Assembly: GCA_964587195.1 (NCBI GenBank)
Contig: CAZPKN010000001.1
Coordinates: 341-64,340 of the forward strand
Direction: 5' to 3'
Length of the DNA stretch: 64,000 nt
DNA from: an uncultured Gammaproteobacteria bacterium
GTDB taxonomy: Bacteria; Patescibacteriota; Patescibacteriia; Patescibacteriales; UBA12465
Position 1 is the first letter of the stretch. The number at the start of each line of letters is the position of its first letter. A program made the position numbers and the translations under genes. Positions 1 to 9,118 of the stretch are shown here, in pieces. The notes under the pieces are model-generated. The model saw nothing but the letters and a program-made list of their open reading frames with translations, did not search any database and was not told the origin of the DNA.

Positions 1-306
1 TTTGATCTAGAAGGGAGTCTCTTAGCTAAAATCGATCAAACCTTGAGATTATCAACCGATGTCTTGCGCCATCAAATTGTCGTTAAAGCAGTTAAGTCGG
101 AAGAACAAATTAAGAAAGCCGAAAAAATTCGCGCTAAAATCGATTCTAAAAAAGCTGAGACAGAAAAAATCCAGCCAGCTAAAGAACAAAAATCTTCTGC
201 CTCTAAACCGGCTGAAAAAGCGACTCGTACTAAAGACAGCCGCGTTGAGCTAAAAGATTTAGATGAAAAGTTGGAGGGCATTTTAAATGCCAACGATTTA
301 ATTTAA
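1..306 (+). CDS. rpsF: 30S ribosomal protein S6, 3' part (5' end outside window), with charged C-terminal tail
   Basis: Frame 1 open from base 1 (FDLEGSLLAKIDQTLRLSTDVLRHQIV) resembles the S6 C-terminus; classic rpsF-ssb-rpsR order. Confidence 0.85.
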   Translation, partial: FDLEGSLLAKIDQTLRLSTDVLRHQIVVKAVKSEEQIKKAEKIRAKIDSKKAETEKIQPAKEQKSSASKPAEKATRTKDSRVELKDLDEKLEGILNANDLI

Positions 307-346
307 TTAATCGCCTTCCGATTAATATCGGAATAAATCCAAACAT

Positions 347-790
347 ATGAATTTAAACAAAGCCATGATTATCGGAAACATCACCCGTGATCCAGAACTG
401 CGCAATACGCCATCCGGCCAAAGCGTCGCTTCTTTTTCCGTCGCGACTAATTTAGTCTGGACAGACCAAAGCGGACAACAGCAGAAAAAAACTGAGTTCC
501 ATAACGTTATCGCCTGGAGAAAATTAGCTGAAGTTTGTTCTAAGTATCTTCATAAAGGCTCAAAAGTCTTTATCGAAGGAAGATTGCAAACTACTGACTG
601 GACCGGGCAAGATGGAGTTAAGCGCTACCGGACAGAAATCGTCGCTGAAAATATGATCATGCTCGATTCTAAAGGCGGTGCACCGATGGGAGGAGCTACT
701 CCAAACTCCGGCCAAGCCGAAGCAACTATCGAAATACCGGAAGATAATATCGATGACGAAGAAATCCGCGTCGAAAATATTCCTTTCTAA
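347..790 (+). CDS. ssb: single-stranded DNA-binding protein
   Basis: MNLNKAMIIGNITRDPELR OB-fold start; acidic tail ending IPF. Confidence 0.97.
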   Translation: MNLNKAMIIGNITRDPELRNTPSGQSVASFSVATNLVWTDQSGQQQKKTEFHNVIAWRKLAEVCSKYLHKGSKVFIEGRLQTTDWTGQDGVKRYRTEIVAENMIMLDSKGGAPMGGATPNSGQAEATIEIPEDNIDDEEIRVENIPF

Positions 791-805
791 TAACTAATTA
801 AAACT

Positions 806-1015
806 ATGCCTAAAAAAATCAAAGAGTGCTATTTTTGCGCGAACAATCTGGAAGTCGATTACAAAGATACCAGAACTTTAAGAAAGTTTGTGAACTTTTT
901 TATGAAAATATTACCTGGTGATAGAACCGGCGTCTGTGCTTGGCACCAAAGAAAACTAGCGATGGCTATTAAACGCTCCCGCGTTATGGCTCTACTTGCC
1001 CCGACCCATAAATAA
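806..1015 (+). CDS. rpsR: 30S ribosomal protein S18 (Zn-binding Cys-containing form)
   Basis: CYFC..VDYKD..L..F..KILP..TGVCAWHQRKLA.AIKRSR motif. Confidence 0.96.
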   Translation: MPKKIKECYFCANNLEVDYKDTRTLRKFVNFFMKILPGDRTGVCAWHQRKLAMAIKRSRVMALLAPTHK

Positions 1016-1040
1016 TCGTCAATTAATTGCCTGAAACTTT

Positions 1041-1601
1041 ATGTTGAATTTTAACGAAATCAAAACCGGCAAGGTTATTAAAGTTAACGCCGAGCCATAT
1101 ATCATCATTAAAACCGACCACCATAAAATGGGCCGCGGCGGCGCTGTCTTAAAAATTAAATGTCGTAATTTAATTAACGGCAATGTTCTAGAAAGAACCT
1201 ATCAAGGCTCAGAAAAGGCTGAAGAAGCAGAAACTGAAACCAAGAAGGCTAATTTCATGTATAAAGATAAGGACGAAGCTTACTTCATGGATAACACTAA
1301 CTACGAGCAATTTAATTTACATCTTGAGGAAATCGGCGAGTCAGCTAAATTCTTAAAAGACGGCACTGATGTTGATGTTCTATATTTTGAAAATAAGCCC
1401 GTTTCTATCAGTCTGCCGGTTAAAATGGATTTTAAAGTCGTTAGTGCTCCTCCGGGCGTTAAGGGCAACTCCGCCGGAAACGTCAACAAACAAGTGGAAA
1501 TCGAAACTGGCGCGGTCTTAAACGTCCCAATGTTCATTAACGAAGGCGATGTTATCCGCATTAATACTGATACCGGCGAATACGTTGAAAGAGCTAGTTA
1601 A
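1041..1601 (+). CDS. efp: elongation factor P
   Basis: KMGRGGA loop (Arg at the modified position), PGVKGNS, VPMFINEGDVIRINT..GEYVER. Confidence 0.97.
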   Translation: MLNFNEIKTGKVIKVNAEPYIIIKTDHHKMGRGGAVLKIKCRNLINGNVLERTYQGSEKAEEAETETKKANFMYKDKDEAYFMDNTNYEQFNLHLEEIGESAKFLKDGTDVDVLYFENKPVSISLPVKMDFKVVSAPPGVKGNSAGNVNKQVEIETGAVLNVPMFINEGDVIRINTDTGEYVERAS

Positions 1602-1607
1602 AAATTT

Positions 1608-1635
1608 AAAATCGCCCCTGCGGGGGCGGTTTTTG
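1608..1635 (+). terminator. intrinsic terminator after efp
   Basis: aaaatcgcccc-tgcg-ggggcggttttt hairpin plus T-run. Confidence 0.8.
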
Positions 1636-1683
1636 TTTGTTTATTTTCCTAAAATGGTATAATAAAGAAATAAAAATAAAATC

Positions 1684-3084
1684 ATGAACGCTTTTATTAT
1701 CATTTTTTCAGTGGCCTACTTAATCCTCGCTATAAAGCGTCTGGATATTGCTTTATTTATCTTAATCGCCGCGCTGCCTGCCTATCTCGTGCGTTTTAAT
1801 TTTCTCGGCCTTCCGTCAACACTGCTAGAAATAATGATTTTAATTTCCTTTGCGGTTTGGTTTATAAAAAAATATTGCCCGAACTTAAAAGTCCTATTCA
1901 AAAGGCCAAATATGGCAAGGCCTTATCCCTTCTCTCGGGAAATAATGGCTTTAGTTATTCTTGCTTTTATCGCCGCCGGCATAGCTAGTTTTAATGCGAG
2001 CACTCTGGGCGCCTGGAAAGCTTATTTCTTTGAACCAATCCTGGTCTTTATTCTAATCATGAATATTTTCCAGGACAAAAAACAGCGTGAAAAAATCTAT
2101 TGGGCATTTTTAATTTCATCTTTAACAATTGCCCTGTTCGCTATTTATCAAAAAATAACCGGCGCTTTTATCCCTAATGATTTTTGGGCAGCGGCCGAAA
2201 CAAGACGGGTCATTTCTTTTTTTGAATATCCTAATGCCGTTGGCCTATACCTTGCCCCCTTGATAATGATTTTAAGCGGCTGGTTATTTTCAATTTATAA
2301 AAACAATTCCCCACTCTTTAAAAAATTATTAATCATCATAGCCATTGTCTCCTCTATTTTAGCTATTTATTTTGCTAAATCAGAGGGAGCTTTAATCGGG
2401 CTACTGGCCGGATTTATTATTTTCGGATTACTAGCTAATCGTCGTTTAAGAATAATCACCATCGCTTCCGGACTGTTAATTGCTCTTAGTGTGCTTATCT
2501 ATGCTCCGGCGCGGGAAAAAATTATTGATAAAGTAAGCTTTCAAGATTTATCAGGCCAAATTAGATTACAACAATGGCGAGAAACTGGCAAAGTTTTACG
2601 TGGCCTTAATATTATTACTGGCACCGGTCTGGCTAACTATCAAATGGCGGTCGCTCCATACCATCAAGAAGGCATCTTCTTTAACCGCGACAAGATTGAA
2701 AATTTTCATGCTGTTACTTGGGCTAGCTCAACTCTCCAAAAAAAGTATTGGCAGCCAGTTGAAATCTATCTCTATCCTCATAATATCTTTTTAAATTTTT
2801 GGACAGAGATTGGGCTTTTAGGAATGTTGCTTTTTATCTGGATTATAGCAAAAACAATCTTTATATCTTTACAAACCGCTAACAGAAATAAAAAAAATAG
2901 TGACAACAAATACCTTTCTTTGGGAATCATCGGTGCCATAACTGTTATCTGTATTCATGGGCTAGTTGACGTTCCCTATTTTAAAAATGATTTATCAGTT
3001 ATGTTCTTCGTTATCCTCGCCCTTGCCGGCCTATACTATTACGATCATCCTTACGGCGAGACGCTAAATACTGCAAAAAAATAA
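1684..3084 (+). CDS. O-antigen ligase (Wzy_C/WaaL-like) membrane protein
   Basis: Multi-TM; R..SFFEYPN, KSEGA, YPHNIFLNFWTEIGLLG, HGLVD motifs. Confidence 0.85.
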   Translation: MNAFIIIFSVAYLILAIKRLDIALFILIAALPAYLVRFNFLGLPSTLLEIMILISFAVWFIKKYCPNLKVLFKRPNMARPYPFSREIMALVILAFIAAGIASFNASTLGAWKAYFFEPILVFILIMNIFQDKKQREKIYWAFLISSLTIALFAIYQKITGAFIPNDFWAAAETRRVISFFEYPNAVGLYLAPLIMILSGWLFSIYKNNSPLFKKLLIIIAIVSSILAIYFAKSEGALIGLLAGFIIFGLLANRRLRIITIASGLLIALSVLIYAPAREKIIDKVSFQDLSGQIRLQQWRETGKVLRGLNIITGTGLANYQMAVAPYHQEGIFFNRDKIENFHAVTWASSTLQKKYWQPVEIYLYPHNIFLNFWTEIGLLGMLLFIWIIAKTIFISLQTANRNKKNSDNKYLSLGIIGAITVICIHGLVDVPYFKNDLSVMFFVILALAGLYYYDHPYGETLNTAKK

Positions 3085-3086
3085 TT

Positions 3087-3800
3087 ATGAAAATAATCCT
3101 CCAAAAAATTATTGCTTCAAGCGGCTACTCTTCAAGACGTGAAGCTGAAAGACTAATCAGAGGCGGTAGTGTCAAAGTTAACGGCCAAATAGCAGAAGTC
3201 GGCCAGCAAGCCGATCCTGAAAAAGATAGAATAACTGTTAAGGGAAAATTAATCGGACAAGCCGAAAAACTAGTCTATTTAATTTTCAATAAACCGGTCG
3301 GCTACACCTGCACTAATCGCCAATTTTCCGGAGAAAGAAATATTTTTGAGCTAGTTAGAAGACCGGAAAGATTGTTTGCAGTCGGTCGGTTAGATAAAGA
3401 TAGCCGCGGTTTAGTTTTACTAACCAACGATGGCGACCTGACCCTAAAACTTTCCCACCCGCGCTTTGCTCACGAAAAAGTTTACGAGGTTAAAGTAAAA
3501 GATGAGGTTATTAATCCAAAATTAGTTATTAAAGAGTTACTTAAAGGCGTTGATATAGATGACGAAGACGAACCATTAAAGGCAATAAAGGCAGAATATT
3601 TACAAAACGGTTTATTTATAATAACCTTAAACGAGGGCAAGAAAAGGCAGATTAGACGCATGTTTGAGGCGCTCGGCACTAAAGTCGCTGACCTTAAAAG
3701 AATACGTCTAGGTAGTCTTCATTTAGGAGATTTACCCGAAGGAAAATATCGCGAATTAACAACCGAGGAATTAACCGAGCTAAAGAAAGACATTGAATAA
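3087..3800 (+). CDS. rRNA pseudouridine synthase, RsuA/RluB family
   Basis: S4 domain (SRREAERLI), FNKPVG, VGRLDKDSRGLVLLTNDG, EGKKRQIRRM. Confidence 0.93.
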   Translation: MKIILQKIIASSGYSSRREAERLIRGGSVKVNGQIAEVGQQADPEKDRITVKGKLIGQAEKLVYLIFNKPVGYTCTNRQFSGERNIFELVRRPERLFAVGRLDKDSRGLVLLTNDGDLTLKLSHPRFAHEKVYEVKVKDEVINPKLVIKELLKGVDIDDEDEPLKAIKAEYLQNGLFIITLNEGKKRQIRRMFEALGTKVADLKRIRLGSLHLGDLPEGKYRELTTEELTELKKDIE

Positions 3801-3826
3801 AATAATCATTGTAACTAAATAATATT

Positions 3827-3913
3827 GGAGACGTGGCTGAGTGGTTGAAAGCACCGCACTCGAAATGCGGCATACTCGAAAGAGTATCAGGGGTTCAAAT
3901 CCTCTCGTCTCCG
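3827..3913 (+). tRNA. tRNA-Ser(CGA)
   Basis: Acceptor ggagacg/cgtctcc, anticodon arm ccgca-ctCGAaa-tgcgg, long variable arm, T-loop ttcaaat; CCA not encoded. Confidence 0.96.
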
Positions 3914-3914
3914 C

Positions 3915-4093
3915 AGGTAAATTTCAGAACGGATTTATCCGTTCTGAAATTTAGCTTTTGGACAGACAGGAGGATGAGAACCCGAAGGGTTCACACTGCC
4001 GAGGATAGCGAGAGAAATGATAGCTTGCTAGCATTTCCGAGCGACGCAGGCAGAAAGGGCGACAAAGTCGCCCTGCAATCCTCTCGTCTCCGC
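3915..4093 (+). repeat. tRNA-linked structured element (Ser), 179 bp, ending in a 17-bp copy of the tRNA 3' end
   Basis: aatcctctcgtctccgc at 3898-3914 and 4077-4093; internal hairpins; antisense T-arm copy gaggatgagaaccc. Confidence 0.85.
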
Positions 4094-4166
4094 CTTCGCC
4101 ACGCCATAGCCACCTAAAAGGTGGCGGCGGCGGGCAATGTTTATACTGTTTTAAAAACTTATTTTT

Positions 4167-4202
4167 AAAACCCCCGCTCTTTTACTTAAAAGCGGGGGTT
4201 TT
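4167..4202. terminator. bidirectional terminator-like hairpin
   Basis: aaaacccccgct...agcgggggtttt. Confidence 0.7.
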
Positions 4203-4339
4203 GTTATATTAAGACAAGCTCTAGCGAGGTTCTTTTTTTTTATTAAAAAAGCCATTTGACAATTTTTGTCATTTTTTGACACGACACTTTAGCTGTGTTA
4301 AAATGTAAGTAAAGAAAAGCTATACGAATTATAAATTTT

Positions 4340-4519
4340 ATGACTAAATCGGATAAACTCTTAACGATTGAAGAAGTGGCCGGAATATTGCGGGTCAGTA
4401 CGCGAACTATCGTTAGATATATAGAATCAGGAAAACTAAAAGCCTCGAAAATAGGCGTCTGGAGGATTAAAGAATCAGACGTCCATTTATTTTTAGAAGA
4501 AACTAGCAATAAAAAATAG
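4340..4519 (+). CDS. excisionase-like (MerR/HTH_17) DNA-binding protein, 59 aa; not in the ORF track
   Basis: Manual translation MTKSDKLLTIEEVAGILRVSTRTIVRYIESGKLKASKIGVWRIKESDVHLFLEETSNKK; stop 13 nt before hsdM. Confidence 0.88.
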   Translation: MTKSDKLLTIEEVAGILRVSTRTIVRYIESGKLKASKIGVWRIKESDVHLFLEETSNKK

Positions 4520-4532
4520 GTTTATAAATATT

Positions 4533-6110
4533 ATGACAAAATCCACCCATCAAAATAATACTAAAGAACAAGAACGAGCCGAGCTACATCGCGCGATTTG
4601 GCAAATTGCCAATGATTTGCGAGGCGCAGTCGACGGCTGGGATTTTAAACAATATGTTCTCGGCATTCTTTTCTACCGCTTCATCAGTGAAAATTTAACA
4701 AAACATGTTAATAACGAAAAAAATGAAGGCGTCGGCTTTGACTATACAAAATTAGATGACAAAACAGCGGAATTCGGTCGGAAGGAAACGGTTATTGAGA
4801 AAGGTTTTTTTATTCTACCAAGCGAACTGTTTGTAAATGTTTGTAAAAATGCGAGACATAATCCGAATTTAAACGAAACGCTTTCAAAAATTTTCAGCAA
4901 CATTGAAAACTCGGCTAAGGGTTTTGAAAGCGAGGGCGATTTAAAGGGCTTATTCGCTGATTTGGATGTTAATTCTCCGAAATTGGGTAATACGGTTGAT
5001 AAAAGAAATCAGAAATTGGTTAAACTACTTGAAGCTATCGGTGCTCTTCGCTTAGGAAATTACCAAGACAATACCATTGATACTTTCGGCGACGCTTATG
5101 AATATTTAATGAGTATGTATGCTTCAAGCGCCGGAAAATCCGGCGGTGAATTCTACACGCCTCAGGAAGTAAGCGAGCTTTTAGCGGAAATTACCACCGT
5201 CGGGAAAACTGAGGTTAATAAAGTTTATGATCCTTGTTGCGGTTCGGGCTCGCTCTTGCTTAAATTCGCTAAAGTTCTCGGCAAAGATAAGGTTAGGCAG
5301 GGTTTTTACGGCCAAGAAATAAATCTCACGACTTATAATCTCTGCCGTATTAATATGTTCTTACATGACATAAATTATAATCATTTTGATATTGAACACG
5401 GCGATACTTTAACCGACGCGAAACATTGGGATGATGAGCCGTTTGACGCCATAGTTTCTAATCCGCCTTATTCGATAAGATGGGAGGGCGACAGCAATCC
5501 TTTACTGATAAATGATGCTCGTTTTTCGCCGGCCGGCGTTTTAGCTCCGAAAAGTAAGGCTGATTTAGCATTTACTATGCATATGCTTTCCTGGCTATCT
5601 ACGGGCGGAACGGCGGCGATTGTTGAATTTCCGGGTGTTCTCTATCGCGGCGGCGCCGAACAAAAAATTAGGCAATATTTAGTTGAGAATAATTATATTG
5701 ATACAGTTATCCAGCTCCCGCCCGATCTTTTTTTCGGAACTAGTATTGCAACTTGTATTTTGGTTCTTAAAAAGAGTAAAACGGATAATAAAATTTTATT
5801 TATTGATGCTTCGGCGGAGTTTGTTAGGGGCGGAAATAAAAATAAATTAAGCGAAGAAAATCGCCAGAAAATTTTAAAAGCTTTTATAGACAGAAAAAAT
5901 ATAGAATATTTCGCAAAAACGGCTGAGAACCAAAAAGTCGCCGCTAATGATTATAATATTGCTGTTTCAAGTTATGTTGAGCAGGAAGATACTAGAGAAG
6001 TTATTAACATAAAAGAACTGAACCAAGAAATCGTTAAAATTGTTAAAAGACAGAGCGAGTTAAGAAAAGCGATTGATGAGATTGTCGGGGAGATTGAGGG
6101 GAGTAAATAA
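4533..6110 (+). CDS. hsdM: type I restriction-modification methyltransferase subunit M
   Basis: IWQIANDLRG, GEFYTP, YDPCCGSGSLL, VSNPPYS (N6-adenine MTase motifs). Confidence 0.97.
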   Translation: MTKSTHQNNTKEQERAELHRAIWQIANDLRGAVDGWDFKQYVLGILFYRFISENLTKHVNNEKNEGVGFDYTKLDDKTAEFGRKETVIEKGFFILPSELFVNVCKNARHNPNLNETLSKIFSNIENSAKGFESEGDLKGLFADLDVNSPKLGNTVDKRNQKLVKLLEAIGALRLGNYQDNTIDTFGDAYEYLMSMYASSAGKSGGEFYTPQEVSELLAEITTVGKTEVNKVYDPCCGSGSLLLKFAKVLGKDKVRQGFYGQEINLTTYNLCRINMFLHDINYNHFDIEHGDTLTDAKHWDDEPFDAIVSNPPYSIRWEGDSNPLLINDARFSPAGVLAPKSKADLAFTMHMLSWLSTGGTAAIVEFPGVLYRGGAEQKIRQYLVENNYIDTVIQLPPDLFFGTSIATCILVLKKSKTDNKILFIDASAEFVRGGNKNKLSEENRQKILKAFIDRKNIEYFAKTAENQKVAANDYNIAVSSYVEQEDTREVINIKELNQEIVKIVKRQSELRKAIDEIVGEIEGSK

Positions 6111-6242
6111 ATTTTATAAATAAAAAGTTGAGACAAAACATTATAAATTTATGAAGGCGACGGCGGAGCGTATTTGGAAAGTATAAAGGTTTTGGAAAAG
6201 AGGGTTGGGGGGGGATAAGAATAAATTTTAAATGAATGAGAT

Positions 6243-7643
6243 ATGAAAATAAAAAAAATTGAATTCTATAACCATAAAATACTAGGAGATTTTGCAATAG
6301 ACTTTTCCGTCGATAATGTTATAAAAAATATTTCATTACTGGTGTCGGAAAATGGATGCGGTAAAACAACTTTATTAGAAGAAATTTATAAAATCTTGAC
6401 AGAGAGTTTTGCTGCCTGGGAGAATGGGCCTAATAAAAAAATAACATTTGAATTTACAGAAGATGAAAAAAATAAATTTAGCTTATCAACACACATATTA
6501 ACCATTGAATACGACAAATCAAAGAGTGAAAATAATATGTGGGGCAGATTTTTTGTTTTTGATGAAAACGGCAATGATATTAGTGCTAGCGCTCGTTCAT
6601 TGTTATATAATAATCCTTTAACTAGTGCTTTTAAATGCGCCTTTTCTACTGTTGAGATAAATTTCGAAAAGAGGTCTATAGAATCAATTAAGGCAACCTC
6701 GATTGACTCTGATGAATTTGTCAAAAATAAATCTACAAACAATATAGCAACAGAAATCTCTCAGTTATTAGTAGATATAAAGAATCAAGATAATGCCGAA
6801 AAGGCTAATCTTTTTGATAGTGGGGCCATAAGCACAGAACAACCGTATGCTGGAAAATTTGATCGTTTTAAGGCGGCTTATTCAAAGATGTTTAATGGAA
6901 AAGAATTGAAAGATGTAATTACCGAAAATAATAATTATAAAATTATTTTTAAAGACTTAAAAAAGAATGTTGAATTTGACATATCCGATCTCAGCTCAGG
7001 GGAAAAACAAATTGTTTATAGGGCTGGTTATTTACTTAAAAACTTACGAGGCATTACTAGCGGAGTAGTTCTTATAGATGAGCCTGAATTAAGTTTGCAC
7101 CCCATATGGCAAGAAAAATATCTTCAATTTATCAGAGAAGTATTCCTTTTAGAAAATAAAAATGATATTCAGTTTGTTATAGCGACTCACTCATTTTTAC
7201 TATTAAAAGATGCTCTAAAAGATGGTATCGTGATTAATATTTTCAGAAAAGATAGCCTAGGTCAAATTTCAGTAATAAATGCAAGAGACAAAGGTTTTGG
7301 TTTATTAAAATGGAGTCCTTCGTGGGGGGAAATATGTCATTTTGCATATGGATTACCAACTATTGAGTTTCACAATGATTTATATTCTGCAATTGAGGAT
7401 AAGTTAAAAAATGATCCATCAGATCGAATCGCCCAAGCTGTATTTGAAAAATATATAAAAGATAACGCCCCAAATACTCCAATAATAAAGTGGAAAACTT
7501 CAAGCGGACACCAAAAAGAAGAGACAATAATGACATTTGTAAGAAACAACATTCATCACCCAGATAACATTGAGAGGCCTAAGGCAGAGCCAGATCAATT
7601 AACAAAGTCTATCCACTATATGCTGAAATTAATTACTAGTTAA
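6243..7643 (+). CDS. ABC-type ATPase with C-terminal HEPN-like domain (probable defence nuclease)
   Basis: Walker A ENGCGKTT, signature LSSGEKQ, Walker B/D-loop LIDEPELSLHP, IATHS; C-terminal RNNIHH (RxxxxH). Confidence 0.75.
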   Translation: MKIKKIEFYNHKILGDFAIDFSVDNVIKNISLLVSENGCGKTTLLEEIYKILTESFAAWENGPNKKITFEFTEDEKNKFSLSTHILTIEYDKSKSENNMWGRFFVFDENGNDISASARSLLYNNPLTSAFKCAFSTVEINFEKRSIESIKATSIDSDEFVKNKSTNNIATEISQLLVDIKNQDNAEKANLFDSGAISTEQPYAGKFDRFKAAYSKMFNGKELKDVITENNNYKIIFKDLKKNVEFDISDLSSGEKQIVYRAGYLLKNLRGITSGVVLIDEPELSLHPIWQEKYLQFIREVFLLENKNDIQFVIATHSFLLLKDALKDGIVINIFRKDSLGQISVINARDKGFGLLKWSPSWGEICHFAYGLPTIEFHNDLYSAIEDKLKNDPSDRIAQAVFEKYIKDNAPNTPIIKWKTSSGHQKEETIMTFVRNNIHHPDNIERPKAEPDQLTKSIHYMLKLITS

Positions 7644-7662
7644 TTTTTAAAATAAAATTTTT

Positions 7663-8055
7663 ATGGAAATTATTGAACTCATCTTTTCAAATATTAAAAA
7701 TATTTTCTGGTTAATTTTTGCATTAGCACTTTTAATAGTTGCGATTAAAATAACCTTTACTTTTAATATTAATGAATATTTAAAAATTAGGAAAGGCAAC
7801 ATTGATAATAAAATTAGAAATTGCTGTCCACATGCTCATATTTCTATTGTTGACAACAAGGTAATAGCAGAATCTTCTTTTGTTTCTCCCGTCGGCACAA
7901 CTAATTATATTTGCGAAAGATGTCGGTCAGTTATTTATGTCATGGATAAAGAGAGCGAAAAACAAAGAATAGAGAAATTAGTTAAAAATTTTGACGGATA
8001 TATAAAGCAAGAAAAAAAATTTAAAAAACTTTTAAGGAAAGGTGGATATATTTAA
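7663..8055 (+). CDS. hypothetical protein: N-terminal TM helix plus putative Zn ribbon
   Basis: Hydrophobic N-terminus; CCPH and CERC pairs. Confidence 0.6.
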   Translation: MEIIELIFSNIKNIFWLIFALALLIVAIKITFTFNINEYLKIRKGNIDNKIRNCCPHAHISIVDNKVIAESSFVSPVGTTNYICERCRSVIYVMDKESEKQRIEKLVKNFDGYIKQEKKFKKLLRKGGYI

Positions 8056-8094
8056 TATTTATAAGGTAGGGGCAAATGCAATAGTTTGATTAAT

Positions 8095-9114
8095 ATGAAA
8101 ATTGAATCAACTAACAACGAAGTGGGAATTGAACTTCATTATAGTTTTAACGATATTGATATTCATTCAATAAACTTTTATATTAGGAATTCTTGCTCAT
8201 TAGCTCAAGCGGAAATTATATCTTACCTAATAAATACTTTATACCCGGATGAGCATTTTGAGATTTTAACATTACCTCCGCAAAAAGGGTCTTTTAACGA
8301 TATAACTATCATAAAATTTTTAAACAAAAATCCCGGGATTATTCTTTCAGTTATTTCTTTAATATTGCCCGCATTACTGTATAATAGCCAGCTTAAAGCA
8401 AATGAAACAACAACAGATTATAATATTTTACAAGTTATTGAAAAATGTAAAGATTTAGATTCCAATTTCCCCGATGAAGTTTTGCAAAAAATAAATAGCA
8501 TTTGCGATTCGTATTATCCCAGAAAACAAAAAAATATTTTTTACGAATCTATAATATCCGATAAAAACATAGTTAGCATTGAGCCGAAGATATTTGCAAA
8601 TGATAAGAATGTTTTCAACGCACAAATAAAGCAAGAAGAGTTTGGAGATTATATAGAAGACATTCCAAAAGAAAAAGAGTTCCTAAAAGTTGAAATGACT
8701 GGCAACATACAATTGTCGCAACCTGTTATTGATAGGCAGCAACAATATGGCAGGGGTTTAGCGTGGAGGGGCGTATACTACGGGAATGATATCTCAGATG
8801 AAAACAATAATCTTATTGTTGAGGATGGTGAAAACATATTTTTTTATATGCAGGATGATGAATATAAAAAACAAATATTAAATCAGGAAATATCGTTTAC
8901 TAGTGGTGATAATATAGGTGTTATTTTTGATGTCAGTCGTTACTATGATTATGTAAATGATAAATTTGGCAAACCTAGATTATACGTGAAAAGAGTAGTC
9001 TCTCACAATGACAACCTCGTACAACACAAAAAGGACCTGGCTTTAAAACAAGAATTAAAAAAATTTGAAGAAAAGAATAAAAACCAGTCATCGCTTTTTG
9101 ATATTATAAAGTAA
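8095..9114 (+). CDS. hypothetical protein in the RM locus
   Basis: Long ORF between hsdM and hsdS; ATG at 8095 preferred over TTG at 8086. Confidence 0.7.
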   Translation: MKIESTNNEVGIELHYSFNDIDIHSINFYIRNSCSLAQAEIISYLINTLYPDEHFEILTLPPQKGSFNDITIIKFLNKNPGIILSVISLILPALLYNSQLKANETTTDYNILQVIEKCKDLDSNFPDEVLQKINSICDSYYPRKQKNIFYESIISDKNIVSIEPKIFANDKNVFNAQIKQEEFGDYIEDIPKEKEFLKVEMTGNIQLSQPVIDRQQQYGRGLAWRGVYYGNDISDENNNLIVEDGENIFFYMQDDEYKKQILNQEISFTSGDNIGVIFDVSRYYDYVNDKFGKPRLYVKRVVSHNDNLVQHKKDLALKQELKKFEEKNKNQSSLFDIIK

Positions 9115-9118
9115 TGCT

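Noticed and set aside
3833-4117. ORFs overlapping tRNAs and their linked elements (3833-4117, 24003-24368, 24158-24352, 28201-28482, 47245-47476, 49694-50124, 57084-57402)
   Set aside because: Open only because the sequence is GC-rich and structured; they overlap tRNA genes, and peptides such as CLPAGR/PACRQAG are translations of the palindrome
4243-4509. 88-aa minus-strand ORF
   Set aside because: Antisense shadow of the real plus-strand HTH gene at 4340-4519
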